From Escherichia coli (lineage in GTDB: Bacteria > Pseudomonadota > Gammaproteobacteria > Enterobacterales > Enterobacteriaceae), in the NCBI RefSeq assembly GCF_011045215.1, contig NZ_CP049201.1: 64,000 nucleotides of DNA; one strand, written 5' to 3'. A program made the translations under genes and the position numbers. Of the stretch, positions 10,516 through 24,613 are shown one piece after another; the first letter of the stretch is position 1, and every line of letters starts with the position of its first letter. The notes below the pieces were generated by a model. It saw only the letters and a list, made by a program, of their open reading frames with translations. It did no database searches and was not told where the DNA came from.

Positions 10516-11571
10516 ATGACGACATTTATTCAGCTTCATTTGTTAACCGCTTACCCTGCAGCCAACCTTAACCGTGATGACACCGGAGCGCCGAAAACCG
10601 TGGTCCTGGGTGGAGCAACGCGACTGCGCGTTTCCTCGCAAAGTCTGAAACGTGCGTGGCGCACTTCTGCACTTTTTGAACAGGCACTGGCGGGCCATAT
10701 TGGTATTCGCAGTGGGCGTATTGCGCGTGAGGCGGCAACGATCCTGATTGAGAAAGGCATCGAAGAGAAAAAAGCCATCGAATGGGCGGCAAAAATTGCG
10801 GATTATCTTGGGAAAGCTAAAAACGACAAAAAACCAAAAGATCCGCTCACTAACGCCGAAACTGAACAATTAGTCCATATCAGCCCGGCAGAATTTGACG
10901 CCGTAAAAGCGCTGGCCCATCAACTGGCCGAAGAAAAGCGCGCGCCAAAAGAGGAAGATCTCGCTTTGTTACGTAAAGATCGCATGGCGGTAGATATCGC
11001 TATGTTTGGTCGTATGCTGGCGAATAAACCCGAATTTAATGTTGAAGCCGCCTGCCAGGTCGCGCATGCATTTGGTGTCAGTGAAACGATTGTCGAAGAT
11101 GATTTTTTCACCGCCGTTGATGATTTGCGCCAGGCTTCTGAAGATGCCGGTGCCGGGCATCTTGGTGAAACCGGATTCGGTTCTGCGCTGTTCTACACCT
11201 ATATCTGCATCGATAAAGATCTGCTGGTCGAAAACCTCGGCGGTGACGAAGCGTTAGCTAATCAGACCTTGCGCGCCTTTACGGAAGCCGCACTTAAAGT
11301 CTCCCCAACCGGCAAACAGAACAGCTTTGCCAGCCGTGCCTACGCCTCCTGGGCGCTGGCAGAAAAAGGGACTGAACAACCACGCTCTCTGGCGGCGGCT
11401 TTCTATGAACCCATTAATGGCACCCGGCAGTTAGATGTGGCGGTGCAGCGTATTACAACGCTTCGCGAAAATATGAATACGGTCTATGAACAGAAGACCG
11501 AATGCGCAAGCTTTGACGTGATGAACAAACAGGGAAGCATGAAGGACGTGCTGGACTTTATCTGCGCGTAA
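10516..11571 (+). CDS. casC: Cascade backbone subunit Cas7e
   Basis: 351 aa; Cas7e-like N-terminal region (LTAYPAANLNRDD...SSQSLKRAWR); third gene of the effector operon. Confidence 0.9.
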   Translation: MTTFIQLHLLTAYPAANLNRDDTGAPKTVVLGGATRLRVSSQSLKRAWRTSALFEQALAGHIGIRSGRIAREAATILIEKGIEEKKAIEWAAKIADYLGKAKNDKKPKDPLTNAETEQLVHISPAEFDAVKALAHQLAEEKRAPKEEDLALLRKDRMAVDIAMFGRMLANKPEFNVEAACQVAHAFGVSETIVEDDFFTAVDDLRQASEDAGAGHLGETGFGSALFYTYICIDKDLLVENLGGDEALANQTLRAFTEAALKVSPTGKQNSFASRAYASWALAEKGTEQPRSLAAAFYEPINGTRQLDVAVQRITTLRENMNTVYEQKTECASFDVMNKQGSMKDVLDFICA

Positions 11572-11581
11572 GGGGCGGCTA

Positions 11582-12328
11582 ATGAGCCAATATTTGATTT
11601 TTCAGCTTCATGGGCCAATGGCATCCTGGGGCGTCGATGCCCCCGGCGAAGTGCGTCATACCCATGAACTGCCTTCGCGCTCAGCATTGCTGGGGCTGCT
11701 GGCTGCCGGGGTAGGGATTCGGCGTGATGATACCGAACGATTAAACGCGTTTAACCGCCACTATTCACTGGTGGTTTGCGCCAGCCGTAACCCGCGCTGG
11801 GCACGGGATTATCACACGATCCAGATGCCAAAAGAGGTGCGTAAAGCGCGTTATTTCAGCCGTCGCGAAGAGTTGAGCGACCCTGATCTTCTGAGCGCGA
11901 TTATCTCCCGGCGCGACTACTACACCGACGCCTGGTGGATGGTGGCGGTGGCAACAACAGCCGATGCGCCTTACAGCCTCGAACAGTTGCAGGGCGGTTT
12001 ACGCCATCCAGTTTTTCCTCTTTATCTGGGGCGAAAAAGTCATCCGCTGGCATTACCACTTGCGCCGTTACTGCTCGAAGGCAACGCGTCTGATGTTTTA
12101 CGTAACGCATATCACCAGTATCAGGAGCATTTCCACGACCTGAAAATCGCACTCCCGAAACTTCAGGATGAATGCTGGTGGGAAGGGGAGCACGACGGCC
12201 TGGTCGCGAGCAAAATATTGCGCCGCCGGGATGTTCCTTTAAATCGTCAGCAATGGCTGTTTGGGGAACGCACCGTCAATCAGGGGCCGTGGCTCAGCAA
12301 GGAGGAACCATGTACCTCTCAAGAATAA
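11582..12328 (+). CDS. casD: Cascade subunit Cas5e
   Basis: 248 aa; N-terminus QLHGPMASWG...LPSRSALLGLLAAGVGIRRDD resembles Cas5e. Confidence 0.9.
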   Translation: MSQYLIFQLHGPMASWGVDAPGEVRHTHELPSRSALLGLLAAGVGIRRDDTERLNAFNRHYSLVVCASRNPRWARDYHTIQMPKEVRKARYFSRREELSDPDLLSAIISRRDYYTDAWWMVAVATTADAPYSLEQLQGGLRHPVFPLYLGRKSHPLALPLAPLLLEGNASDVLRNAYHQYQEHFHDLKIALPKLQDECWWEGEHDGLVASKILRRRDVPLNRQQWLFGERTVNQGPWLSKEEPCTSQE

Positions 12329-12956
12329 CCTTACATACCGGCCAGCTTTCGCCTGCGCAGTTGCTGCATCTGGTGGAGCGCGGGGAATATGTGATGCATC
12401 AGTGGCTGTGGGATCTCTTCCCTGGCGGCAAAGAAAGGCAATTTCTTTATCGTCGGGAAGAACTCCAGGGCGCGTTTCGCTTTTTTGTACTGTCGCAGGA
12501 ACGCCCGGCGGAAAGTGAAACGTTCACCATCGAATGCCGGTCATTTGTGCCCGAGCTGCGTACCGGACAACAACTTTGTTTCAACCTGCGGGCGAATCCA
12601 ACAATCTGTAAAGCGGGCAAGCGCCACGATCTGCTGATGGAGGCGAAACGGCAGGTGAGGGGGCAGGCGGAAGGAAGTGATGTCTGGTTGCATCAACAAC
12701 AGGCGGCGCTGGACTGGCTGGCAGCGCAGGGGGAGAGAAGCGGTTTTACACTGCTGGATACCTCGGTTGATGCCTACCGACAACAGCAACTGCGGCGGGA
12801 AAACTCCCGGCAACTGATCCAGTTCAGTAGCGTGGATTATACGGGGATGCTTACGGTCACCGATCCCGGGTTATTTCTGCAACGTCTCAGTCAGGGGTAT
12901 GGCAAAAGCCGCGCGTTCGGCTGTGGTCTGATGCTGATCAAACCCGGAGCAGAGGC

Positions 12957-12960
<4 letters not shown>
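12310..12960 (+). CDS. casE: Cas6e pre-crRNA endoribonuclease
   Basis: ORF 12172..12960 trimmed to MYLSRITLH (216 aa) preceded by an AAGGAGGA RBS; C-terminal glycine-rich GxGxxxxxGxG loop; overlaps the cas5 3' end. Confidence 0.9.
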
Positions 12961-14170
<1,210 letters not shown>

Positions 14171-14266
14171 GTTATGTGTTCTTTAAAAATAAGGAAATGT
14201 TTGAATTTAGTTGGTAGATTGTTGATGTGGAATAAATTTGTTTAAAAACAGATATGTATGCTTAGT
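14171..14266 (+). promoter_or_regulatory. CRISPR leader (AT-rich; array promoter and integration-proximal region)
   Basis: 96-bp AT-rich sequence between the cas2 stop and the first repeat. Confidence 0.8.
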
Positions 14267-14478
14267 GTGTTCCCCGCGCCAGCGGGGATAAACCGGTGCA
14301 TAAAAAATGATACCCCAGCGTTTCGTTGTGTTCCCCGCGCCAGCGGGGATAAACCGATTGAAATAGATCTCCCCGACATTAACGAACAGTGTTCCCCGCG
14401 CCAGCGGGGATAAACCGGGCGCACTGGATGCGATGATGGATATCACTTAGAATTCCCCGCCCCTGCGGTAGAACTCCC
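14267..14478 (+). CRISPR. Type I-E CRISPR array: 4 repeats (29 bp) and 3 spacers (32 bp)
   Basis: Repeat GTGTTCCCCGCGCCAGCGGGGATAAACCG at 14267-14295, 14328-14356 and 14389-14417; degenerate terminal repeat GAATTCCCCGCCCCTGCGGTAGAACTCCC at 14450-14478; spacers at 14296-14327, 14357-14388 and 14418-14449. Confidence 0.97.
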
Positions 14479-14498
14479 AGCTCCCATTTTCAAACCCA

Positions 14499-15536
14499 TC
14501 AAGACGCCTTCGCCAGCTCCTTCACCAGTGGTAGCATTATCCGCATAACATCACGGCAGCGACGTTCTATTCTTCCAGGAAGTGCCTTATCAATATGCTG
14601 TTGATTATCAAGCCTTACATCATGCCAGCTATTTCCCGCAGGGAATGCGGCTGTTTTTGCGCGTTGCTGATAACCATCTTTATTCCCAAGATTCCAGTTA
14701 GTCGCTTCCACCGAAAGTACAGCAATGCCCGCTTTGTCGAATATTTCTGCGTCATTACAACACCCAGTGCCTTTCGGATAATTTTTATTCAAACCCGGAT
14801 TGGTCGTTGCGGCTATTCCGTGACTGCGCGCAATTGCCAGCGCCCTGTCGCGCGTTAATTTCCTTACTGCTTCAGGGGTTTTTACACCGCTGTTGAAATA
14901 CAATTTATCGCCAACAATTAAGTTATCGAGATTAATCACCAGCAGCGTATTTTTCTTTTCGGTGTCACTCATCCGCTTGAGTAAATTCTCAGCGCCTAAT
15001 TTCCCTTCCTCTTCGCCGCTGGTCGCCACAAATCGAATACCATACTCGGTAGGCGTATTTTTCAGGCGTTCTGCCAATTCCAGCATGACACCTAAACCTG
15101 CGGCGTTATCATCCATTCCTTGTAACGTCAGCCCGCCGAGATTGGCATCGGCGTCAGCATCGCTCAGCGGGGCGTAAGTATCCAGATGCGCCATAATGAT
15201 GATCTGCTGCGGCGCTTTGCCTTCATGAGCGGCAATCACCGTACTTCCCGTCACGTTATGCCAGCTCTTGCGATTATCGCGGGCGGTATAAATATACCGA
15301 CTATTAAATGTCCGAATATCACTGCGATAACCCATTTGCTGAAACTGTTGGCGAATATAATCGGCAGATAACATTTCTGCAGGAGTTCCGGTCATGCGTC
15401 CCGGAAAGAAAGTAGCAATATGTCGTGCCTGGGTATTAGCAAAATCGCCAGGTTTAGGTGACGAGGCGTGTACGGGGAGAATAAAGCATACGCCGAGCGC
15501 CAGGGCAGCGGTACGGTGGCGCAATGCGGAAAACAT
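14499..15536 (-). CDS. iap: Alkaline phosphatase isozyme conversion aminopeptidase
   Basis: 345 aa with signal peptide; M28-family peptidase; conserved position next to the CRISPR array. Confidence 0.93.
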   Translation of the reverse strand: MFSALRHRTAALALGVCFILPVHASSPKPGDFANTQARHIATFFPGRMTGTPAEMLSADYIRQQFQQMGYRSDIRTFNSRYIYTARDNRKSWHNVTGSTVIAAHEGKAPQQIIIMAHLDTYAPLSDADADANLGGLTLQGMDDNAAGLGVMLELAERLKNTPTEYGIRFVATSGEEEGKLGAENLLKRMSDTEKKNTLLVINLDNLIVGDKLYFNSGVKTPEAVRKLTRDRALAIARSHGIAATTNPGLNKNYPKGTGCCNDAEIFDKAGIAVLSVEATNWNLGNKDGYQQRAKTAAFPAGNSWHDVRLDNQQHIDKALPGRIERRCRDVMRIMLPLVKELAKAS

Positions 15537-15787
15537 AGTGAGTCCTTAAATACCATGCAAATTTTTTTACCGCCATAGTATGAAACTGCCGCTGCGCTAA
15601 AACAATTTCAAATCTTCCTAAACGCCCGAAATCCGGTGCCTTAAGCACTTTTTGATATTAGCTTTGCCAAATCGTTATTCCGTTAAGGAACTACTCATTC
15701 TAATTGGTAATTTCATTCGTTCTCTTACGCTCCCTATAGTCGAAACATCTGATGGCAAGAAAATAGCGGTATTGCAAAGGAACGGTT

Positions 15788-16696
15788 ATGGATCAAAAAC
15801 GACTTACCCACCTACGACAGCTGGAGGCGGAAAGCATCCACATCATTCGCGAGGTGGCGGCAGAATTCTCAAATCCGGTGATGCTCTACTCTATCGGTAA
15901 AGATTCCAGCGTCATGCTGCATCTGGCGCGCAAGGCGTTTTATCCAGGTACGCTGCCTTTCCCGTTGCTGCATGTCGATACCGGCTGGAAATTCCGCGAG
16001 ATGTATGAGTTCCGCGATCGTACTGCTAAAGCCTACGGCTGCGAGCTGCTGGTGCATAAAAACCCGGAAGGCGTGGCGATGGGGATTAATCCATTCATAC
16101 ACGGCAGCGCGAAACATACCGATATTATGAAAACTGAAGGCCTGAAACAGGCCCTGAATAAATACGGTTTTGATGCCGCCTTCGGTGGTGCGCGCCGTGA
16201 CGAAGAGAAATCCCGCGCTAAAGAGCGAATCTATTCTTTCCGTGACCGCTTCCATCGCTGGGATCCGAAAAATCAGCGCCCGGAGCTGTGGCACAACTAC
16301 AACGGGCAAATTAACAAAGGTGAAAGCATCCGCGTCTTCCCGCTCTCTAACTGGACCGAGCAGGATATCTGGCAATACATCTGGCTGGAAAATATCGACA
16401 TTGTGCCGCTGTATCTCGCTGCGGAACGTCCGGTTCTGGAACGCGACGGTATGTTGATGATGATTGATGACAACCGTATCGACCTGCAACCGGGCGAAGT
16501 GATTAAAAAACGGATGGTGCGTTTCCGTACGCTGGGCTGCTGGCCGCTGACCGGTGCGGTGGAGTCAAATGCACAAACACTGCCGGAGATCATCGAAGAG
16601 ATGCTGGTTTCTACCACCAGTGAACGTCAGGGCCGCGTGATTGACCGCGACCAGGCGGGGTCTATGGAGCTGAAAAAACGTCAGGGGTATTTTTAA
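15788..16696 (+). CDS. cysD: Sulfate adenylyltransferase subunit 2
   Basis: 302 aa; PAPS-reductase-like ATP sulfurylase small subunit; first gene of cysDNC. Confidence 0.97.
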   Translation: MDQKRLTHLRQLEAESIHIIREVAAEFSNPVMLYSIGKDSSVMLHLARKAFYPGTLPFPLLHVDTGWKFREMYEFRDRTAKAYGCELLVHKNPEGVAMGINPFIHGSAKHTDIMKTEGLKQALNKYGFDAAFGGARRDEEKSRAKERIYSFRDRFHRWDPKNQRPELWHNYNGQINKGESIRVFPLSNWTEQDIWQYIWLENIDIVPLYLAAERPVLERDGMLMMIDDNRIDLQPGEVIKKRMVRFRTLGCWPLTGAVESNAQTLPEIIEEMLVSTTSERQGRVIDRDQAGSMELKKRQGYF

Positions 16697-16697
16697 G

Positions 16698-18125
16698 ATG
16701 AACACCGCACTTGCACAACAAATCGCCAATGAAGGCGGCGTCGAAGCCTGGATGATTGCGCAACAACATAAAAGCCTGCTGCGTTTTCTGACCTGTGGTA
16801 GCGTCGATGACGGCAAAAGTACCCTGATTGGTCGCCTGCTGCACGATACCCGCCAAATCTACGAAGATCAGCTCTCATCGCTGCATAACGACAGTAAGCG
16901 TCACGGCACCCAGGGCGAAAAGCTGGATCTGGCACTGCTGGTGGACGGCCTGCAAGCTGAGCGCGAACAGGGCATCACCATTGACGTGGCTTACCGTTAT
17001 TTCTCTACCGAGAAGCGTAAATTTATTATCGCCGACACCCCAGGGCACGAGCAGTACACTCGCAATATGGCGACTGGCGCATCGACATGTGAACTGGCGA
17101 TCTTACTGATCGATGCCCGTAAAGGCGTGCTCGATCAAACCCGTCGTCACAGTTTTATCTCCACATTGTTGGGGATCAAACATTTGGTCGTGGCGATCAA
17201 CAAAATGGATCTGGTGGATTACAGTGAAGAGACGTTCACCCGTATTCGTGAAGATTATCTGACTTTTGCCGGGCAGCTGCCGGGTAATCTGGATATCCGC
17301 TTTGTGCCGCTCTCCGCACTGGAAGGTGACAACGTGGCTTCGCAAAGTGAAAGTATGCCGTGGTACAGCGGTCCGACACTGCTCGAAGTGCTGGAAACCG
17401 TGGAGATCCAGCGAGTGGTGGATGCTCAGCCAATGCGCTTCCCGGTGCAGTACGTTAATCGCCCGAATCTCGATTTTCGTGGCTACGCCGGAACGCTGGC
17501 ATCCGGTCGCGTGGAAGTCGGGCAACGTGTAAAAGTTCTGCCCTCTGGTGTGGAATCAAACGTCGCGCGGATCGTGACTTTTGATGGTGATCGCGAAGAA
17601 GCCTTTGCCGGAGAAGCGATCACCCTGGTGCTGACGGATGAAATCGACATCAGCCGTGGCGATCTGCTGCTGGCGGCAGACGAAGCGTTACCAGCTGTGC
17701 AGAGCGCGTCGGTGGATGTGGTATGGATGGCGGAACAGCCGCTTTCCCCGGGCCAGAGTTACGACATCAAAATTGCCGGTAAGAAGACGCGTGCTCGTGT
17801 TGATGGCATTCGTTATCAGGTTGATATTAATAACCTTACCCAACGCGAAGTTGAAAACCTGCCGCTGAACGGCATCGGCCTGGTGGATCTCACTTTTGAC
17901 GAGCCACTGGTGTTAGATCGTTATCAGCAAAACCCGGTTACCGGTGGGCTGATTTTTATCGATCGCCTGAGCAATGTGACCGTAGGTGCCGGTATGGTGC
18001 ATGAGCCAGTTAGCCAGGCAACTGCTGCGCCATCTGAATTTAGTGCATTCGAACTGGAATTGAATGCCCTGGTTCGCCGCCACTTTCCACACTGGGGCGC
18101 GCGCGATTTGCTGGGGGATAAATAA
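16698..18125 (+). CDS. cysN: Sulfate adenylyltransferase subunit 1 (GTPase)
   Basis: 475 aa; GTP-binding motifs ([18 protein letters not shown]). Confidence 0.97.
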
Positions 18126-18730
18126 TGGCGCTGCATGACGAAAACGTCGTCTGGCATAGCCATCCGGTCACTGTGCAACAACGCGAGCTACACCACGGTC
18201 ATCGTGGTGTAGTGCTGTGGTTTACCGGCCTCTCCGGGTCCGGTAAATCAACGGTCGCCGGGGCGCTGGAGGAGGCGTTACATAAACTCGGCGTCAGTAC
18301 GTATCTGCTGGATGGCGACAATGTTCGCCACGGATTATGCAGCGATCTCGGTTTTAGCGATGCCGATCGTAAAGAGAATATCCGTCGCGTCGGTGAAGTG
18401 GCGAATTTGATGGTTGAAGCCGGACTGGTGGTGCTGACCGCATTTATCTCGCCACACCGCGCCGAACGCCAGATGGTTCGTGAACGCGTAGGAGAAGGGC
18501 GCTTTATCGAAGTGTTTGTCGATACGCCGCTGGCGATTTGCGAAGCCCGCGATCCAAAAGGCTTATATAAGAAAGCGCGTGCCGGTGAACTGCGCAACTT
18601 TACGGGAATAGATTCCGTTTACGAAGCGCCTGAATCGGCAGAAATTCATCTCAATGGTGAACAATTAGTAACAAATTTGGTACAGCAATTATTAGATCTG
18701 TTGAGACAGAACGATATTATCAGATCCTGA
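18125..18730 (+). CDS. cysC: Adenylylsulfate (APS) kinase
   Basis: 201 aa; P-loop GLSGSGKST; start overlaps the cysN stop. Confidence 0.97.
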
Positions 18731-18779
18731 GACACCACCGGGTTTCCATGCCCGGTTCGTCAAAGTAACAGGATCAAAT

Positions 18780-19103
18780 ATGCGTAATAGCCATAACATT
18801 ACACTAACAAATAACGACAGCCTTACTGAGGATGAAGAAACCACATGGTCACTGCCTGGTGCCGTGGTCGGTTTTATCTCCTGGTTATTTGCGCTGGCGA
18901 TGCCGATGTTGATTTATGGCTCTAACACGCTGTTCTTCTTTATCTACACCTGGCCTTTCTTTCTGGCACTGATGCCTGTCGCGGTAGTGGTGGGGATTGC
19001 GCTGCATTCATTGATGGACGGAAAGCTACGCTACAGTATTGTTTTCACCCTGATGACAGTAGGCATTATGTTTGGCGCACTGTTTATGTGGCTACTGGGC
19101 TAA
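18780..19103 (+). CDS. ygbE: Inner membrane protein YgbE (DUF3561)
   Basis: 107 aa hydrophobic protein; conserved position after cysC. Confidence 0.85.
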   Translation: MRNSHNITLTNNDSLTEDEETTWSLPGAVVGFISWLFALAMPMLIYGSNTLFFFIYTWPFFLALMPVAVVVGIALHSLMDGKLRYSIVFTLMTVGIMFGALFMWLLG

Positions 19104-19296
19104 TTTGTACTTTCCCGTCTCCTCTGTTCATAATTCAAACCGTAACTAATAATGAGATTATGTTCTGCACGCCCTGGGTATACGTAACAATGGACAAATG
19201 TGGTACATTTGCCCGCGTTGTCGCGGTATCCCCAACAGAGGATGTAGAGTCGTCTTCGGATGCATGGGATGATGATGCCGTTTTTCAGGGGGCAGG

Positions 19297-19608
19297 ATGG
19301 GTAAACTAACGCTGCTGTTGCTGGCTATTCTGGTCTGGCTACAGTATTCGCTGTGGTTCGGTAAGAACGGTATACATGACTATACCCGCGTCAATGATGA
19401 TGTGGCGGCACAGCAAGCTACAAACGCGAAACTTAAAGCGCGAAACGATCAACTTTTTGCCGAAATTGACGATCTCAATGGCGGCCAGGAGGCGCTCGAA
19501 GAGCGTGCGCGTAATGAACTCAGCATGACCAGGCCGGGCGAAACTTTTTATCGTCTGGTGCCTGACGCGTCGAAGCGCGCACAGTCTGCGGGGCAAAACA
19601 ATCGATAA
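19297..19608 (+). CDS. ftsB: Cell division protein FtsB
   Basis: 103 aa; N-terminal transmembrane helix followed by a coiled coil; upstream of ispD. Confidence 0.95.
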
Positions 19609-19626
19609 ATCAGCCCGGGAATTAAC

Positions 19627-20337
19627 ATGGCAACCACTCATTTGGATGTTTGCGCCGTGGTTCCGGCGGCCGGATTTGGCCGTCGAATGCAAACGGAATG
19701 TCCTAAGCAATATCTCTCAATCGGTAATCAAACCATTCTTGAACACTCGGTGTATGCGCTGCTGGCGCATCCCCGGGTGAAACGTGTCGTCATTGCCATA
19801 AGTCCTGGCGATAGCCGTTTTGCACAACTTCCTCTGGCGAATCATCCGCAAATCACCGTTGTAGATGGCGGTGATGAGCGTGCCGATTCCGTGCTGGCAG
19901 GTTTGAAAGCCGCTGGCGACGCGCAGTGGGTATTGGTGCATGACGCCGCTCGTCCTTGTCTGCATCAGGATGACCTCGCGCGATTGTTGGCGTTGAGCGA
20001 AACCAGCCGCACGGGAGGGATCCTAGCCGCACCAGTGCGCGATACTATGAAACGTGCCGAACCGGGCAAAAATGCCATTGCTCATACTGTTGATCGCAAC
20101 GGCTTATGGCACGCGCTGACGCCGCAATTTTTCCCTCGTGAGCTGTTACATGACTGTCTGACGCGCGCTCTAAATGAAGGCGCGACTATTACTGACGAAG
20201 CCTCGGCGCTGGAATATTGCGGATTTCATCCGCAGTTGGTCGAAGGCCGCGCGGATAACATTAAAGTCACGCGCCCGGAAGATTTGGCACTGGCCGAGTT
20301 TTACCTCACCCGAACCATCCATCAGGAGAATACATAA
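19627..20337 (+). CDS. ispD: 2-C-methyl-D-erythritol 4-phosphate cytidylyltransferase
   Basis: 236 aa; IspD family; followed by ispF. Confidence 0.97.
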   Translation: MATTHLDVCAVVPAAGFGRRMQTECPKQYLSIGNQTILEHSVYALLAHPRVKRVVIAISPGDSRFAQLPLANHPQITVVDGGDERADSVLAGLKAAGDAQWVLVHDAARPCLHQDDLARLLALSETSRTGGILAAPVRDTMKRAEPGKNAIAHTVDRNGLWHALTPQFFPRELLHDCLTRALNEGATITDEASALEYCGFHPQLVEGRADNIKVTRPEDLALAEFYLTRTIHQENT

Positions 20338-20816
20338 TGCGAATTGGACACGGTTTTGACGTACACGCCTTTGGCGGTGAAGGCCCAATTATCATTGGTG
20401 GCGTACGCATTCCTTACGAAAAAGGATTGCTGGCGCATTCTGATGGCGACGTGGCGCTCCATGCGTTGACCGATGCATTGCTTGGCGCGGCGGCGCTGGG
20501 GGATATCGGCAAACTGTTCCCGGATACCGATCCGGCATTTAAAGGTGCCGACAGCCGCGAGCTGCTACGCGAAGCCTGGCGTCGTATTCAGGCGAAGGGT
20601 TATACCCTTGGCAACGTCGATGTCACTATCATCGCTCAGGCACCGAAGATGTTGCCGCACATTCCACAAATGCGCGTGTTTATTGCCGAAGATCTCGGCT
20701 GTCATATGGATGATGTTAACGTGAAAGCCACTACTACGGAAAAACTTGGATTTACCGGGCGTGGGGAAGGGATTGCCTGTGAAGCGGTGGCGCTACTCAT
20801 TAAGGCAATAAAATGA
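20337..20816 (+). CDS. ispF: 2-C-methyl-D-erythritol 2,4-cyclodiphosphate synthase
   Basis: 159 aa; IspF motifs (GHSDGDV); start overlaps the ispD stop. Confidence 0.97.
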   Translation: MRIGHGFDVHAFGGEGPIIIGGVRIPYEKGLLAHSDGDVALHALTDALLGAAALGDIGKLFPDTDPAFKGADSRELLREAWRRIQAKGYTLGNVDVTIIAQAPKMLPHIPQMRVFIAEDLGCHMDDVNVKATTTEKLGFTGRGEGIACEAVALLIKAIK

Positions 20817-21842
20817 TTGAGTTTGATAATCTCACTTACCTCCACGGTAAACCGCAAGGCACCGGGCTGCTGAAAGCCAATCCGGAAGACTTTGTGGTGG
20901 TGGAAGATTTGGGCTTTGAGCCTGATGGTGAAGGTGAGCATATTCTGGTTAGAATCCTCAAAAACGGCTGCAATACCCGTTTTGTGGCGGATGCACTGGC
21001 GAAATTCCTGAAAATTCATTCCCGTGAAGTCAGCTTCGCTGGGCAAAAAGACAAACATGCTGTAACGGAACAGTGGTTATGTGCTCGCGTGCCGGGCAAG
21101 GAAATGCCCGATCTGAGCGCCTTTCAACTGGAAGGCTGCCAGGTGCTGGAGTATGCGCGGCACAAGCGCAAGCTGCGTTTAGGGGCGCTGAAAGGTAACG
21201 CCTTTACCCTGGTTCTGCGCGAAGTGAGCAATCGCGATGACGTTGAACAACGTCTGATCGATATTTGCGTAAAAGGTGTACCGAACTACTTCGGTGCCCA
21301 ACGTTTTGGGATTGGCGGTAGCAACTTGCAGGGCGCGCTGCGCTGGGCGCAAACCAATACTCCGGTGCGCGATCGCAATAAACGGAGTTTTTGGTTGTCG
21401 GCAGCCCGCAGTGCGTTGTTTAATCAGATTGTTGCTGAGCGCCTCAAAAAAGCAGACGTTAATCAAGTTGTTGACGGCGATGCGCTACAATTAGCCGGAC
21501 GTGGTAGCTGGTTTGTAGCAACCACCGAAGAACTGGCGGAATTACAGCGTCGCGTCAACGATAAAGAGCTGATGATAACCGCCGCATTGCCGGGCAGTGG
21601 CGAATGGGGAACTCAGCGTGAAGCGCTGGCATTCGAACAAGCAGCTGTCGCCGCAGAAACTGAATTACAAGCTTTACTGGTGCGCGAAAAAGTTGAAGCC
21701 GCGCGCAGAGCGATGCTGCTGTATCCGCAACAATTAAGCTGGAATTGGTGGGATGACGTCACCGTAGAGATCCGTTTCTGGCTTCCGGCGGGTAGTTTTG
21801 CAACCAGCGTTGTCAGGGAACTTATCAACACAACAGGTGATT

Positions 21843-21862
<20 letters not shown>
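20813..21862 (+). CDS. truD: tRNA pseudouridine(13) synthase
   Basis: 349 aa; TruD family. Confidence 0.95.
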
Positions 21863-23224
<1,362 letters not shown>

Positions 23225-23363
23225 AACGTGAGGAAATACCTGGATTTTTCCTGGTTATTTTGCCGCAGGTCAGCGTATCGTGAACATCTTTTCCAGTGTT
23301 CAGTATGGTGCCTTGCACGGTAATTATGTCACTGGTTATTAACCAATTTTTCCTGGGGGATAA

Positions 23364-24551
23364 ATGAGCGCGGGAAGCCCAAAATTCACCGTTCGCCGCA
23401 TTGCGGCTTTGTCACTGGTTTCGCTATGGCTGGCAGGCTGTTCTGACACTTCAAATCCACCGGCACCGGTCAGCTCCGTTAATGGCAATGCGCCTGCAAA
23501 TACCAATTCTGGTATGTTGATTACGCCGCCGCCGAAAATGGGGACGACGTCTACAGCGCAGCAACCGCAAATTCAGCCGGTGCAGCAGCCACAAATTCAG
23601 GCCACTCAACAACCGCAAATTCAGCCGGTGCAGCAGCCACAAATTCAGGCCACTCAACAACCGCAAATCCAGCCAGTGCAGCCAGTAGCTCAGCAGCCGG
23701 TACAGATGGAAAACGGACGCATCGTCTATAACCGTCAGTATGGGAACATTCCGAAAGGCAGTTATAGCGGCAGTACCTATACCGTGAAAAAAGGCGACAC
23801 ACTTTTCTATATCGCCTGGATTACTGGCAACGATTTCCGTGACCTTGCTCAGCGCAACAATATTCAGGCGCCCTACGCGCTGAACGTTGGTCAGACCTTG
23901 CAGGTGGGTAATGCTTCCGGTACGCCAATCACTGGCGGAAATGCCATTACCCAGGCCGATGCAGCAGAGCAAGGAGTTGTGATCAAGCCTGCACAAAATT
24001 CCACCGTTGCTGTTGCGTCGCAACCGACAATTACGTATTCTGAGTCTTCGGGTGAACAGAGTGCTAACAAAATGTTGCCGAACAACAAGCCAACTGCGAC
24101 CACGGTCACAGCGCCTGTAACGGTACCAACAGCAAGCACAACCGAGCCGACTGTCAGCAGTACATCAACCAGTACGCCTATCTCCACCTGGCGCTGGCCG
24201 ACTGAGGGCAAAGTGATCGAAACCTTTGGCGCTTCTGAGGGGGGCAACAAGGGGATTGATATCGCAGGCAGCAAAGGACAGGCAATTATCGCGACCGCAG
24301 ATGGCCGCGTTGTTTATGCCGGTAACGCGCTGCGCGGCTACGGTAATCTGATTATCATCAAACATAATGATGATTACCTGAGTGCCTACGCCCATAACGA
24401 CACAATGCTGGTCCGGGAACAACAAGAAGTGAAGGCGGGGCAAAAAATAGCAACCATGGGTAGCACCGGAACCAGTTCAACACGCTTGCATTTTGAAATT
24501 CGTTACAAGGGGAAATCCGTAAACCCGCTGCGTTATTTGCCGCAGCGATAA
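23364..24551 (+). CDS. nlpD: Murein hydrolase activator lipoprotein NlpD (LysM + M23 domains)
   Basis: 395 aa; lipobox LAGC; Gln/Pro-rich repeats; C-terminal M23 peptidase-like domain; rpoS promoter expected within this gene. Confidence 0.95.
   Translation: MSAGSPKFTVRRIAALSLVSLWLAGCSDTSNPPAPVSSVNGNAPANTNSGMLITPPPKMGTTSTAQQPQIQPVQQPQIQATQQPQIQPVQQPQIQATQQPQIQPVQPVAQQPVQMENGRIVYNRQYGNIPKGSYSGSTYTVKKGDTLFYIAWITGNDFRDLAQRNNIQAPYALNVGQTLQVGNASGTPITGGNAITQADAAEQGVVIKPAQNSTVAVASQPTITYSESSGEQSANKMLPNNKPTATTVTAPVTVPTASTTEPTVSSTSTSTPISTWRWPTEGKVIETFGASEGGNKGIDIAGSKGQAIIATADGRVVYAGNALRGYGNLIIIKHNDDYLSAYAHNDTMLVREQQEVKAGQKIATMGSTGTSSTRLHFEIRYKGKSVNPLRYLPQR
23559..23678 (+). repeat. In-frame tandem repeat tract in nlpD (five 24-bp units encoding [16 protein letters not shown])
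   Basis: Direct repeats seen in the DNA, including a near-identical 48-bp duplication (23583-23630 vs 23631-23678). Confidence 0.85.
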
Positions 24552-24613
24552 ATCGGCGGAACCAGGCTTTTGCTTGAATGTTCCGTCAAGGGATCACGGG
24601 TAGGAGCCACCTT

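Noticed and set aside
14207-14446. ORFs 14207..14446(-) and 14242..14424(-) with repetitive peptide content (SPLARGT / FIPAGAGNT)
   Set aside because: They are translations across the CRISPR repeats; the periodic peptide repeats mirror the 61-bp repeat-spacer period, so they are not genes
15652-15900. 82-aa ORF spanning the cysD promoter and start
   Set aside because: It overlaps the cysD RBS and start in another frame; this is the cysDNC control region, not an independent gene
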